Positions 39,440 to 50,079 of a DNA stretch of 64,000 bases are shown one piece after another (the stretch's first letter is position 1; the number at the start of each line of letters is the position of its first letter). The translations under genes were made by a program, and so were the position numbers. The stretch comes from an uncultured Aliarcobacter sp. (GTDB lineage Bacteria > Campylobacterota > Campylobacteria > Campylobacterales > Arcobacteraceae): positions 992,001 through 1,056,000 of the forward strand of contig CAXXLV010000002.1 in assembly GCA_963664305.2 (NCBI GenBank), read 5' to 3'. A model generated the notes under the pieces. The model ran no database searches. It was not told the DNA's origin and was given only the letters and a program-made list of their open reading frames with translations.

Positions 39440-40368
39440 TTTATTATTATCTCTCTTTTCTCTTTTTCTTCTTTATTTTTTAGAGTTGATTTTGTATTAA
39501 TCTCTCCTAAGTATTCATATTTTGGTAAATAGTTAAATTTTTGTTCATTTTTATCAAAACAAATTATCATTAAACCAACACTATTATTATCCATATTTCC
39601 AAGTGGTATTTGAGTGATTATTTTATTTTTATTTTCATAGTAGAATTTTTCATTTGATAAGTACTCTTTATTTTCTGATAAAAAATCATAAAGCTTTTTA
39701 TCGTATTCTTTTTGAATAACAACATAATCATCTAATAAAATATTATCTCTATAATATTCTGCTATTTGTAAATATTTTTTTTCTAAAAGAGGAATTATTT
39801 CAATTCCTAAATATTTCAAACGATTTTTTAAATCACTATAATCCATAATAACTTCTATCGTTCCTATATATTCTTCATTATTAAATATTGGTGAAATAGC
39901 TTTTATATTAAATCTTTTTCCTAATTCATTTGAAACAAAAGGCTCTTTAGTCTCTTTTACTTTTACTAATCCTTTTCTAAAACTCTCTAAGTTTAATCCT
40001 ATATCTTTATCTTCCCAACTTCGTACAAAAACTTTTAAATCTTTTGTATGAATTTGAACTTGAATATTGTTTTGATTTGTATATGTTTTTATATTATTTA
40101 ATAGTTTTAAAAGTTCTTCTTTTAATTCTATTGGTTTATTTTGTTCTAAATTATCTATTATATTTTGATTTTTAGCAAATAAAATAGCCAAAGATAAGGC
40201 TTGATTTTTTTGATTTGTTAACTCATTTTGTACAATTTCAATTTTATTTGATACTAAGATATCTATTTGATTTTGATGAATAATATTGTTGTATTTATTT
40301 AAGAAGTAAAGAAGTGTAATAACAACTAAAATAAAAAGAATGATGAAGTTTTTATATGTTTTACTCAT
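39436..40368 (-). CDS. membrane-anchored Cache (dCache_3-like) domain protein
   Basis: single N-terminal TM, QIHTKD..FVRSW, SFRKGL, IGTIEV; no signalling domain. Confidence 0.65.
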   Translation of the reverse strand: MSKTYKNFIILFILVVITLLYFLNKYNNIIHQNQIDILVSNKIEIVQNELTNQKNQALSLAILFAKNQNIIDNLEQNKPIELKEELLKLLNNIKTYTNQNNIQVQIHTKDLKVFVRSWEDKDIGLNLESFRKGLVKVKETKEPFVSNELGKRFNIKAISPIFNNEEYIGTIEVIMDYSDLKNRLKYLGIEIIPLLEKKYLQIAEYYRDNILLDDYVVIQKEYDKKLYDFLSENKEYLSNEKFYYENKNKIITQIPLGNMDNNSVGLMIICFDKNEQKFNYLPKYEYLGEINTKSTLKNKEEKEKREIIIK

Positions 40369-40387
40369 AAGTAATTCTAGCTAAATA

Positions 40388-40420
40388 AAAAAGAGAATAT
40401 CCTAAGATATTCTTCTTTTT
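40388..40420 (-). terminator. terminator after tsdA
   Basis: aaaaagagaatatc-ctaa-gatattcttcttttt. Confidence 0.65.
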
Positions 40421-41413
40421 TTATTTGATTAATTTTCCAAAAGGACCTACTTGATGCTCTTTTGATTCAATTGTTGGTCTATATACATCTGGAGCTTTTA
40501 CAACATCATCAGGGAAATCATTTACTCTATTGATTTTTTCTGGTCTATAATGAGAATCCATATTTATATACGCTGCAACATTATATGCTTCTTCATCAGT
40601 TAATATTGGATTTTCTTTAGTTGCACCTAAAGGCATATTTGATTTGATAAAATCTGCTGCTTTAAGAACTCTATACATTCCTGCACCTTTGTTATAAGTA
40701 TCATCTGTTCCCCAAAGCGCTGGATACATATATCCATTTGCTTTACCTTCGTTTTTGATACCTTCACCATTCATACCATGACATGCTGCACATTGTTGTT
40801 CATAAACAACTTTTCCTTTTTCAGGGTCTGCTGCTTTTTGTTTTATCATTTTTCTATCAATTTTTGCTAATCCTCTTCCCTCTAAAGCATTAGCACCACC
40901 AACTGGAACTCCTTGGCTTAACCAGAACATATAAGCTTCCATAGCTTTCATCTCTTTACTGTCAAGTGGAAGTTTATATCCATTCATACTTCTTTCCATA
41001 CAACCGTTAATTCTATCTGCTAAAGTACCAATAGTATTCTCTCTTGGTCTATATTGTGGAAATGCTGCAAATACTCCAACAAATGGAGCTGAATAAGCTT
41101 TTGTTCCCGCATCTAAGTGACAATTTTGGCATTGGTTGTTATTTCCAGCAAATCTCATTTTTGGGTCATCAACTTCTGGACCTATATATTTTGAAGTATG
41201 AACTATAAGTTCTCTTCCATATTTTACTAAATCTCCAAATTGATTATTTGGAATTGTGTTTACATCTGGAACTTTGTATTCTAATTTCGCATCTGATTTA
41301 TAACCATTATCAGAACGTTCTTTTAAAACTTTCGCATCAAATGGAACTTCTGCTGCAATTAAAAGACTACTACTTATTGCACATAAAGTTGCAAGTTTAA
41401 TTAACTTTTTCAT
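40421..41413 (-). CDS. tsdA: diheme cytochrome c, thiosulfate dehydrogenase/tetrathionate reductase
   Basis: signal peptide, CQNCH and CAACH, RINGCMERSMNG active-site motif, GAGM, NMP. Confidence 0.85.
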   Translation of the reverse strand: MKKLIKLATLCAISSSLLIAAEVPFDAKVLKERSDNGYKSDAKLEYKVPDVNTIPNNQFGDLVKYGRELIVHTSKYIGPEVDDPKMRFAGNNNQCQNCHLDAGTKAYSAPFVGVFAAFPQYRPRENTIGTLADRINGCMERSMNGYKLPLDSKEMKAMEAYMFWLSQGVPVGGANALEGRGLAKIDRKMIKQKAADPEKGKVVYEQQCAACHGMNGEGIKNEGKANGYMYPALWGTDDTYNKGAGMYRVLKAADFIKSNMPLGATKENPILTDEEAYNVAAYINMDSHYRPEKINRVNDFPDDVVKAPDVYRPTIESKEHQVGPFGKLIK

Positions 41414-41483
41414 AAATAATTTCCCCCTACTATTTAGATAAGAAACTATAACATCTATATATAACTTGAAAGTAACAAAGTTG

Positions 41484-41615
41484 TTATTTTAGATTTTCAT
41501 TATCATTTACTTTTAGAACAACTAATAACTCTATTTGATTTATAATACTCATATCTGAAATAAAAAAATATATTGCTAAAAAAAGAATTACTAGATTTAA
41601 AATTTTCTGCTTCAT
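41484..41615 (-). CDS. possible 43-aa hydrophobic small protein
   Basis: MKQKILNLVILFLAIYFFISDMSIINQIELLVVLKVNDNENLK; AAAGGT RBS. Confidence 0.35.
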   Translation of the reverse strand: MKQKILNLVILFLAIYFFISDMSIINQIELLVVLKVNDNENLK

Positions 41616-41701
41616 AAATTACCTTTTTAATTGATTTATGAAACTATAAAATAAAAATTGGATTTTTATGTGGTAAAAAAAGGTTTTAAAAATTTACCAA
41701 T

Positions 41702-42535
41702 TTAACTATTTTTAACACCAGTTATAAGTTCTTTGTAGCCTAAATCATCAATAAAATATCTCATTTTATCTCTAATTTTTCTTATCATATCTTGTTTATA
41801 TAAAACATTTTCTTCAACTTCTAAAGCTATAAAAATATCTTTATCTGTTTTTCCTTGAGTTTTTTCATATTTCCAATAATCATAAATATAAAACCAATCA
41901 GCATAAACATGAGCTTTTGGCTTTTTAGGAGTTTTTTTATTGTCACTTTTTTCTAAAGTTTCACCTATTAATTCTAATGGTGTTTTTATGATTGAATTAT
42001 CTTTATCAAAATCATCTTTTATTTTTGAGATATAGGCTATTAGTTCTTCTTTTGGAAGGTTTAAATTTAAATCAAATTTTGGAAATTTTTGACTTGGAAG
42101 AAGTAACATTTCTGGTCTAGAAAATTGATTTACTAATCTAGACCTAAAAGCATTATTATGCGAATTAATTTGTGTATAAATAATTGACATCATATTATTA
42201 CTACTAATAAAATCATTACCAGTTAATTCTCCAGCAAATATAAATTCTTCTTTATTAAAATTGATATTTTTTATTTTTCTTAATTTCTCTCTATAATAAG
42301 TATTAACACTTTTTATGTCAAGTTGATATTTAACAGCTAACAAATTCGATTTTTCTTGCCATTCTTTCTTATCAATATCATTTAAAATTCGTTTTAATAT
42401 TACAAAATTTAGAAGTTCTCTTACTTCTTTAATTCTTATCGCCATCTCGTAAGCAATACAATTAGTAAGTTCATAATCTTGAAACTCTTCAATCTCTTTA
42501 TAAATTAAATCATCCCTTTGTGGCAATCTATCCAT
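41702..42535 (-). CDS. hypothetical protein
   Basis: 277-aa ORF overlapping the upstream stop codon. Confidence 0.7.
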   Translation of the reverse strand: MDRLPQRDDLIYKEIEEFQDYELTNCIAYEMAIRIKEVRELLNFVILKRILNDIDKKEWQEKSNLLAVKYQLDIKSVNTYYREKLRKIKNINFNKEEFIFAGELTGNDFISSNNMMSIIYTQINSHNNAFRSRLVNQFSRPEMLLLPSQKFPKFDLNLNLPKEELIAYISKIKDDFDKDNSIIKTPLELIGETLEKSDNKKTPKKPKAHVYADWFYIYDYWKYEKTQGKTDKDIFIALEVEENVLYKQDMIRKIRDKMRYFIDDLGYKELITGVKNS

Positions 42536-43317
42536 CAAAATTCCATTTTCTCCTGACCGATTCTATAAAGCGAAAAATCATACTTTATAGGGTCATTTTT
42601 ATCAAACTCTTTTAGTTTTTCAGTTATTAATAATGCCGATTTTAAATCATAGTTTTTTCTATCTAATAATCCTAGCTTTTGACTTACTTTAAAAGTGTGA
42701 GTATCAAGAGGAAGTATCAAATCTTTTTTATCTATATTTTTCCAAAGTCCCAAATCAAGATTATCATCTCGAACCATCCATCTAAGATACATATTCCACC
42801 TTTTATATGGAGCATTACCTAATTCTTTTATGATTCCTTGTTTATCTCTTTTAAAGGGGCTTGAAACCAAAAAAGTAAAACCTTGAGAATTGTAGTTTGA
42901 TATATTATGAATTTGTGAAATTAGTGCATCAATTCCTTCTAAAATTGAGTTCTCTTTTTTGTAAGCTTCATAAAATAAGTTTTGTAAACTATTTTCTTGT
43001 TTCATTTTTCTAAAAGTTTTAAATATAGCTATAACATCTAAACCATTTTGAAACCTATAATAGTGATTTTTCAACTCTTTCTCTATTTTCTCTTCACTTT
43101 CATTTAAAAGTGAAAAGTCCAAACTATCCAAAAATTTCACTATCAGTTTTGCATTTCCATAAGCAAACAAAGCACATAAAAGTATTATATACTCATCATC
43201 ATATCTTCTTGCAACCAAAAGTGGGTCTGGTTTATCATAATTTATCTCATCATTTTTATTTCTATTTTCTACCTCAAAATCGAGTAATTTTTTTATCTCT
43301 TTATCTTTTTTTGTCAT
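42535..43317 (-). CDS. TIGR02757/DUF2400 family protein
   Basis: DP, FAYG, KRWNMYLRWMVR, DLGLW, PLDTH, DPIKYDF. Confidence 0.9.
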   Translation of the reverse strand: MTKKDKEIKKLLDFEVENRNKNDEINYDKPDPLLVARRYDDEYIILLCALFAYGNAKLIVKFLDSLDFSLLNESEEKIEKELKNHYYRFQNGLDVIAIFKTFRKMKQENSLQNLFYEAYKKENSILEGIDALISQIHNISNYNSQGFTFLVSSPFKRDKQGIIKELGNAPYKRWNMYLRWMVRDDNLDLGLWKNIDKKDLILPLDTHTFKVSQKLGLLDRKNYDLKSALLITEKLKEFDKNDPIKYDFSLYRIGQEKMEF

Positions 43318-43379
43318 TATTTACCTAAATTTTATACAAACTTTTTTGGTTATAATACCATTTCAAAAATTTATACGGA

Positions 43380-44210
43380 TTGAAAATTATGCAAAATATA
43401 TTAATTACTGGATGTTCATCAGGTATTGGACTTGAAACTGCACTTATATTGAAAAAAAATGGTATCAAAGTTTATGCAAGTGCAAGAAAAGATAAAGATG
43501 TTGAAATGTTAAAAGATTTAGGTTTTGAAACTTTTAAAATAGATGTAAGAAATAAAGATGAGATAAAATATGCCCTAGAAACTATTTTAAAAAATGATTT
43601 AAAACTTGACGCTGTTTTTAATAATGCAGGTTTTGGACAACCAGGAGCTGTTGAAGATTTGAGTGTAAAGGTTTTAAAAAAGCAGTTTAATACAAACTTT
43701 TTTGGTCTTCATGAAGTTACTATTCAAGCTATGAAAATATTTAGAGCTCAAGGATATGGAAAGATTATTCAACACAGTTCAGTTCTTGGAATCATCTCTT
43801 TAAAATTTCGTGGAGCTTATAACGCAAGTAAATATGCAATTGAAGGAATAAATGACACATTAAGACAAGAAGTTTTAGGAAGTCAAATATATATAAGTAC
43901 AATAAATACTGGACCAGTTACTTCAAAGTTTAGAGAAAATGCCCTAAAAAAATTCAATAAAAATATCACAGTTGAAGGAAGTTTTTGGGAAGAAACTTAT
44001 AAAAAAGAGTTAAAAGCAAGACTTGAAACAACAGAAGATAAAGCACCTTTTAATCTTCCTGCTTCAAGTGTAGCAAATACTGTTTTAAAAATAATGAATA
44101 CAAAAAAACCAAAACCAAGATATTATGTTACAACAGCAACTCATCTTCTTGGATTTTTCAAAAGAGTTTTAACAACTTCTTTACTTGATAGATTATTAAA
44201 TAAAATCTAA
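43380..44210 (+). CDS. short-chain dehydrogenase/reductase
   Basis: TGCSSGIG, NNAG, YNASK; start may be ATG 43389. Confidence 0.9.
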   Translation: MKIMQNILITGCSSGIGLETALILKKNGIKVYASARKDKDVEMLKDLGFETFKIDVRNKDEIKYALETILKNDLKLDAVFNNAGFGQPGAVEDLSVKVLKKQFNTNFFGLHEVTIQAMKIFRAQGYGKIIQHSSVLGIISLKFRGAYNASKYAIEGINDTLRQEVLGSQIYISTINTGPVTSKFRENALKKFNKNITVEGSFWEETYKKELKARLETTEDKAPFNLPASSVANTVLKIMNTKKPKPRYYVTTATHLLGFFKRVLTTSLLDRLLNKI

Positions 44211-44848
44211 TTCTTTTTCATTCCTAAAATCAATCTTGCAACAACTTGTCTAATTGCAAGATTTGATGCTTTTATCAAAGCCTCTTTAGAATAAAAAATT
44301 TCACTCTCATTATAAATATAATTATCAGAAAACAAAATATTGTCTTTTTTATCTTGATAAATTATATTATTGTTTTTATCAATTACTTTTAATTCAATAA
44401 TCATTTTTATCTGAACTTTTGAAGAAAAAGTTGCATTTTCTAAACTATATTTTGGAACATATAAATAGATTGTGTAATCACTTCCAAAAGGAGTAAATTT
44501 GTTTTTGAATACTTCATCATTTTTCATTTGGAATTTAAATTCATTTTCAATCATATTTGATAATAAAATATTGTTTTTATAATATGAATCTTGAAGTCTT
44601 AAATCTTCATTGTTTGAAAATTCAGGAGTAAAAAAAGTATTTATTCCAATTCCTACATGACCAGTAAATCCACCAATTCCTAATCCAACAGAAACTGGAC
44701 TTCTATAAGTTTGTGGAACACCTGCAACTATAATTTGATTGTTTAAAGAGATAGAATTTATTTCATTTAGATTTAATTCTTGTTTAGAACTACATGCTGT
44801 AAAAAAAGTCACTATACAAACCAATAAGATTTGATAAATATATTTCAT
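44207..44848 (-). CDS. hypothetical lipoprotein
   Basis: lipobox FTA-C; Gly-rich VGLGIGG segment. Confidence 0.7.
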   Translation of the reverse strand: MKYIYQILLVCIVTFFTACSSKQELNLNEINSISLNNQIIVAGVPQTYRSPVSVGLGIGGFTGHVGIGINTFFTPEFSNNEDLRLQDSYYKNNILLSNMIENEFKFQMKNDEVFKNKFTPFGSDYTIYLYVPKYSLENATFSSKVQIKMIIELKVIDKNNNIIYQDKKDNILFSDNYIYNESEIFYSKEALIKASNLAIRQVVARLILGMKKN

Positions 44849-44860
44849 AAGAGACTCCTT

Positions 44861-45661
44861 TTAGTTTTGAATAATCTCTTTTTTGTTCGCTAAATTTTGT
44901 AGATAATCACTAATTTGTATCAAACAAAATGTAATTATAAATATCATAAGACCAGGGAAAAAACTAACCCACCAAGCTATATCAATAACAGCTTTTCCAT
45001 CACTTAATAAACTTCCCCAAGACATCAAAGGAGGATTGATTCCAAGTCCTAAAAATGAAAGTCCAGATTCAGCTAAAATTGAACCACCAACTCCAAATGT
45101 AAATGAAATTAGAAATATTGGTGCAAGTAAAGGAGCAAAATATTTAAAAATGATTTTAAAAGTTGAAACATTTGATAATTTCAAGATTTTAATAAATGGT
45201 CTATTACTTATAGCAAAACTCTCACTTCTTATCATTCTTGACATTCCCATCCAACCAGTTATTGAAATAACAATAATCAAAATAACAGACGATGCTTGAA
45301 TATAAGAAACTAAAGCTAAAAGTAAAAAGAATGTTGGGAATGTTAAAAATAAATCAATCATAATTGTAATTGTTCTATCAACATTTCCTTTGAAATAACC
45401 TGCTGTTATCCCAATAAATAATCCAATAATTGAAGATATAGATGCAGCTAAAAATCCAATAACTAAAGATGTTTGTCCACCTTCAAGAACTCTTGCTAAT
45501 ACATCTCGCCCCAATCTATCTGTTCCAAAAAGATGTTCAAAAGATGGTGCTTGTAAAATTTTTAATGGATTTAATTCATATGGTGACACAGTATACAAAA
45601 AAGGCAATAAAAAAATAGCTAAAATAACTGTAATTAAAAGATATAAAGCTATTTTGAACAT
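44861..45661 (-). CDS. peptide/nickel ABC transporter permease (DppC-like)
   Basis: HLFGTDRLGRD, ESGLSFLGLG..PP..SWG. Confidence 0.9.
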   Translation of the reverse strand: MFKIALYLLITVILAIFLLPFLYTVSPYELNPLKILQAPSFEHLFGTDRLGRDVLARVLEGGQTSLVIGFLAASISSIIGLFIGITAGYFKGNVDRTITIMIDLFLTFPTFFLLLALVSYIQASSVILIIVISITGWMGMSRMIRSESFAISNRPFIKILKLSNVSTFKIIFKYFAPLLAPIFLISFTFGVGGSILAESGLSFLGLGINPPLMSWGSLLSDGKAVIDIAWWVSFFPGLMIFIITFCLIQISDYLQNLANKKEIIQN

Positions 45662-45665
45662 TTAA

Positions 45666-46259
45666 TTACTTTGTATAAGTGTAATAAGATAATGAACTTT
45701 TACCAAATTTTCTTGTTTTATCTAAAGAAAATTTACCTAAAACTTCTGGTGCTTTTAAACTTGAAACATGTTCTATTATAATCATAAAAATATTTGTTGC
45801 TTCAATATTTTCAATCATATAAAAAGATTTTTCATATATATCTTCCATTCCTTCTCTATAATCAAAAGGTGGATCAACATATAAAATAACTTCATCTTTT
45901 GAATTTTTTAAAAATTCTAACATCAAAGGAGTTTGAACAAATGTATTCCCTTGAATTGTTTGACATTTTTCTACGTCTACTAATTTACAATTTTTTAATA
46001 AAATTTGATAAGAATTTTTATCAAGTTCTATAAAATATGCTCTTTTAGCACCTCGACTTATTGCTTCAAGACCAATTGAACCACTTCCCGCAAATGATTC
46101 AATAAAAACTTTATCTATAATATCGAACTGTAAAACATTAAATAAAGACTCTTTTAAAACAGATTTTGAACTTCTTGTTACATCTAAAGATGGAAGTTCT
46201 AATACTTTACCTTTGTGAACACCTGCAATTATTTTTGTAGTTGGTCTATCTGTTTTCAT
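45666..46259 (-). CDS. rsmD: 16S rRNA m2G966 methyltransferase
   Basis: IIAG..KG, FAGSGSIGLEAISRGA, DPPF. Confidence 0.9.
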   Translation of the reverse strand: MKTDRPTTKIIAGVHKGKVLELPSLDVTRSSKSVLKESLFNVLQFDIIDKVFIESFAGSGSIGLEAISRGAKRAYFIELDKNSYQILLKNCKLVDVEKCQTIQGNTFVQTPLMLEFLKNSKDEVILYVDPPFDYREGMEDIYEKSFYMIENIEATNIFMIIIEHVSSLKAPEVLGKFSLDKTRKFGKSSLSYYTYTK

Positions 46260-46284
46260 CTATTTTTTGCCCTTTTAAATAAGA

Positions 46285-47829
46285 TTATCTTGCGTAACTT
46301 TCTGCTCTTAATTCTCTGATAACGTTAACTTTGATTTCACCAGGATATTGTACCTTTTCTTCTATCTCTTTTGCAATCTCTGTAGCTAATAAAACTGCTT
46401 CATCATCATTTACAAGTTCAGCTTTAACGATAACTCTTACTTCTCTTCCAGCGTTTATTGCATAAGCATTTAAAACACCTAATTTACTTGTTGAAATATT
46501 TTCAACCTCTTCTACTCTTTTTAGGAAGCTTTCTAATACTTCTCTTCTTGCTCCTGGACGTGCAGCACTTAAAGCATCAGCAGCACAAACAGAAGCTGAT
46601 TCAACATTTATTGGCTCTTCATGTCCATGATGAGCATAAATTGCATTAATCACAGTATCACATTCATCATATCTTTTACAGATTTCAGCACCTAAATGTA
46701 CATGAGAACCTGGTGCTTCATGTGTTAAAGCTTTACCAATATCATGTAATAATCCAGCTCGTCTAGCTAAAATTGCATCTCCACCCATTTGAGCTGCTAA
46801 TAATCCAGATAAATGAGCAACTTCCAGTGTATGAGCTAATGCATTTTGACCATAACTTGCTCTATATCTTAATCTTCCAACAAGTTTAACAAGTTCTGGA
46901 TGCATAGATTTTATTCCAAGCTCCATAATTACATCTTCACCCTCTTTTTGAATATTTTTATCAAATTCAGATTTAACTTTTTTGTAAATTTCTTCAATAC
47001 GAGCTGGTTGGATTCTTCCATCTTCAAGAAGTTCTTGGATAGTTTTAGTTGCAACTGCTCTTCTATATAAGTTAAAAGATGAAATAGTAATTGTATTTGG
47101 AGTATCATCAATAATAATATCAACACCTAATAGCATCTCAAGGGCTTTTATATTTCTTCCTTCTTTACCAATAATTTTACCTTTTGTCTCTTCATCACTT
47201 AACGGAATATTATTGATTAATCTCTCAGCTGCAAACTCTCCTGCATATCTAGTAACTGCTTGAGAAAGCATATTATTGATTTCATTTTTTGAATTTTGTT
47301 CAGCAAGTTTGTATTTTTTTCTAAAAATAGATGAAATTTCAGCTCTTGAGTCTTCTTTAATTTTTTTAAGCATCAACTCTTTTGCTTCAATTTGAGTTAG
47401 TCCAGAAGCATTTTCTAAAATTTTTATAGCTTCTAAAGTTTTCTCTTCATAAGTTTTCTTTTGTTGTTCTAAGCCTTCTTTTAAAGTAGTGATTTGTCTA
47501 TTTTTTTCAACAATTTCTTCTTTTTCAAGTTTTATAATCTTAAGTTCAGACTCTAAATGGTCGTTTAACTCTCTCTCTTTTTTCTCAATCTTTGAAAGCA
47601 TGATATCATACTCTCTTCTTGCACTTTTAAACTCTCTATCGCACTCCATTTTAGCTTTTAATTGTGCGTCTTTTAAAGCGACTTCTGCCTCATGTTCAAT
47701 AACTTTTGCTTTTGCCTTTGCTTGTTCTATAAAAATCTGGAATTTTGCCTTATCCAATTTTTTAACAACAAATATACTAATTGCCGAGCTCAGTACTGCG
47801 ACAACTGCTGTAAATATCATAAATTCCAT
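46285..47829 (-). CDS. rny: ribonuclease Y
   Basis: N-terminal TM, coiled coil, KH (GKIIGKEGRNI), HD (LLHDIGK), ARPGAR. Confidence 0.95.
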   Translation of the reverse strand: MEFMIFTAVVAVLSSAISIFVVKKLDKAKFQIFIEQAKAKAKVIEHEAEVALKDAQLKAKMECDREFKSARREYDIMLSKIEKKERELNDHLESELKIIKLEKEEIVEKNRQITTLKEGLEQQKKTYEEKTLEAIKILENASGLTQIEAKELMLKKIKEDSRAEISSIFRKKYKLAEQNSKNEINNMLSQAVTRYAGEFAAERLINNIPLSDEETKGKIIGKEGRNIKALEMLLGVDIIIDDTPNTITISSFNLYRRAVATKTIQELLEDGRIQPARIEEIYKKVKSEFDKNIQKEGEDVIMELGIKSMHPELVKLVGRLRYRASYGQNALAHTLEVAHLSGLLAAQMGGDAILARRAGLLHDIGKALTHEAPGSHVHLGAEICKRYDECDTVINAIYAHHGHEEPINVESASVCAADALSAARPGARREVLESFLKRVEEVENISTSKLGVLNAYAINAGREVRVIVKAELVNDDEAVLLATEIAKEIEEKVQYPGEIKVNVIRELRAESYAR

Positions 47830-47839
47830 ATTCAAAACC

Positions 47840-48379
47840 TTAATTTGTAATTATATAATCAGCTTGAATATCGTAATTATCAGATAGAATTTCTTTGCTT
47901 TTACAAAGTACTAATTGAGTAAAAATTATTGTAGGCTTGTAATCCAATCTATCAAAAAATCTGTCATACATACCTTTTCCATAACCTATTCTTTTATTTA
48001 AAGAATCTATTCCCACCACTGGAACTACAGCTATATCAATTTTATTAGGCTTTAAAAAAGAGTTATTTGGTTCTAAAATGTTAAATTTTTTCCTATGTAA
48101 AGGTAATCTATATTTAACAATTTTAAAACTATCCTTTTCCATAAATGGAACATAAACATTTATGTTTTTTTTCTTTCTTAAAGTCTTTATCAAAGGTCTA
48201 ACATCTACTTCTATACCCAAAGGTATATACAATAAAATATTTTTTGATTCACTTTCTTTTATAAATTTTTCTAATTTTTTTACAATAATTTTGTTTTTAT
48301 AATACTTCGAAAAAAGGCTAATAAATTCTAATTTCTTTATACACGATTTTCTAAAATCACATTTGTGATTGTTTTTCAT
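47840..48379 (-). CDS. 5-formyltetrahydrofolate cyclo-ligase
   Basis: VPVVG.D...RIGYGKGMYDR. Confidence 0.9.
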   Translation of the reverse strand: MKNNHKCDFRKSCIKKLEFISLFSKYYKNKIIVKKLEKFIKESESKNILLYIPLGIEVDVRPLIKTLRKKKNINVYVPFMEKDSFKIVKYRLPLHRKKFNILEPNNSFLKPNKIDIAVVPVVGIDSLNKRIGYGKGMYDRFFDRLDYKPTIIFTQLVLCKSKEILSDNYDIQADYIITN

Positions 48380-48440
48380 ATTTAAGCCTCACTTGGGTAA
48401 AATTTCTACCCAACAAATAATTTTACCCAAAGGACTTAAA

Positions 48441-48998
48441 ATGCAGTTTAAAACTTTAGCATTTTTATCTATTTTATCTATTTTATTTTTCACAGGGTGC
48501 GATTCTAAAGATAAAAATGAAAATAGTGATGGAACAAAGATTGAAAAAAGTGATAGAAGAACAGAGTTTCAACTAAAAACAACTGATAATACAATTGTTG
48601 ATATAAGACTTGAAAATGATAAAGTTATCTTAAAAGACTATCCCAATAAAATAGTTTTATTAGATTTTTTTGCAACTTGGTGTCCTCCTTGTAAAGCTGA
48701 AATTCCAAATTTAGTAAGATTACAAGAAAATTATAAAAATGATTTTGTCGTAATTTCAATTTTACTTGAAGAGATGAAAACAAATGAAGAAATCATAGAT
48801 TTTATGAAAAGTTTTAATATTAACTACACAATTACAAACTCTCCTGATAATTTTGATTTAGCAAAAAGTTTAGGAGGAATAAAATCAATTCCTACAATGT
48901 TCTTAATTGATAGAAATTCTAAAATATTCCAAAAATATGTAGGTTTAGTTCCAAGTGAAATGATGGAAATAGATATTAAAAAAGTATTAGAAAAATAA
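48441..48998 (+). CDS. TlpA-family thiol:disulfide oxidoreductase lipoprotein
   Basis: lipobox FTG-C, FATWCPPC, IPT. Confidence 0.88.
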   Translation: MQFKTLAFLSILSILFFTGCDSKDKNENSDGTKIEKSDRRTEFQLKTTDNTIVDIRLENDKVILKDYPNKIVLLDFFATWCPPCKAEIPNLVRLQENYKNDFVVISILLEEMKTNEEIIDFMKSFNINYTITNSPDNFDLAKSLGGIKSIPTMFLIDRNSKIFQKYVGLVPSEMMEIDIKKVLEK

Positions 48999-49006
48999 GG
49001 GTAACA

Positions 49007-50065
49007 ATGTTTAGTTTTTTTAAAAAGAAAAAAGAAGAAAATATTGAACAAAAAGAAGTTCAAGAAGAAATCAATCCTTTAGAAGACTCGATTTTAGACG
49101 ATGAAGCCTATGCAAATCCGATTGAGATAAAAGAAAAAGAAATTGCTTTATTAGAAGAACAAAAAGTAATAAAAGAGGAAGAGAAAAAAGGTTTCTTTTC
49201 AAGAGCATTAGAAAAAACTTTTGCAAGTATAAAAAATGTAGTTCCTCAAAAACAAGAAAAAATCTCTTTTGATGATATTGAAGAACTTTTAATTGAAGCT
49301 GACGTTGAATATGAAATTATAGAAAAAGCAATGAATGGTCTTCCTGAGGAGATTACAAGAAAACAGTTACGTCATAGACTTGTAATGCTTTTTGAACACG
49401 CACCAAAAGTTGATTTATCAAATTTGCCAAAACCTTATGTAAGACTTATTATTGGGGTAAATGGAGCAGGAAAAACAACAACTATTGCAAAACTTGCAAA
49501 TAAGTCTAAAAAAGAAGGTAAATCTGTAATTTTAGGAGCTGGTGATACTTTTAGAGCAGCTGCAATTGAACAACTTTCAACTTGGGCAAATAAACTTGAT
49601 GTTCCAATAATTAAAACAAAACAAGGTCATGATTCAAGTGCAGTTGCATTTGATACAATAAGTGCTGCAATTGCTAGAAATATTGATAATGTTATTATTG
49701 ATACAGCAGGTAGACTTCAAACACAAACAAACTTAAATAATGAATTAAAGAAAATTGTAAAAGTTTGTTCTAAAGCGATGCCTGATGCACCACATCAAAA
49801 ACTTATGATATTAGATGGAACACAAGGTAATGCAGCAATTGCTCAAGCAAAAGCTTTCCATGAAATGATTGGAATTGATGGTATTATTGTAACAAAACTT
49901 GATGGAACAGCAAAAGGTGGGGCTTTATTTTCTATTTCTAATCAATTAGAACTTCCAATTTTTTATGTTGGAATTGGGGAAAAACAAGATGATTTAGTTG
50001 AATTTTCACCTGATGAATTTGTTGATAGCTTACTTGATGAAATTTATACGCCTGAAGAAAAATAA
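49007..50065 (+). CDS. ftsY: SRP receptor FtsY
   Basis: GVNGAGKTTT, DTFRAAA, DTAGR, TKLDGTAKGG. Confidence 0.96.
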   Translation: MFSFFKKKKEENIEQKEVQEEINPLEDSILDDEAYANPIEIKEKEIALLEEQKVIKEEEKKGFFSRALEKTFASIKNVVPQKQEKISFDDIEELLIEADVEYEIIEKAMNGLPEEITRKQLRHRLVMLFEHAPKVDLSNLPKPYVRLIIGVNGAGKTTTIAKLANKSKKEGKSVILGAGDTFRAAAIEQLSTWANKLDVPIIKTKQGHDSSAVAFDTISAAIARNIDNVIIDTAGRLQTQTNLNNELKKIVKVCSKAMPDAPHQKLMILDGTQGNAAIAQAKAFHEMIGIDGIIVTKLDGTAKGGALFSISNQLELPIFYVGIGEKQDDLVEFSPDEFVDSLLDEIYTPEEK

Positions 50066-50079
50066 ATAAGGAAGATACA

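Noticed and set aside
48380..48440. 6S RNA upstream of the 5-FTHF cyclo-ligase gene
   Set aside because: The divergent gap is only ~60 bp, too short for ssrS.
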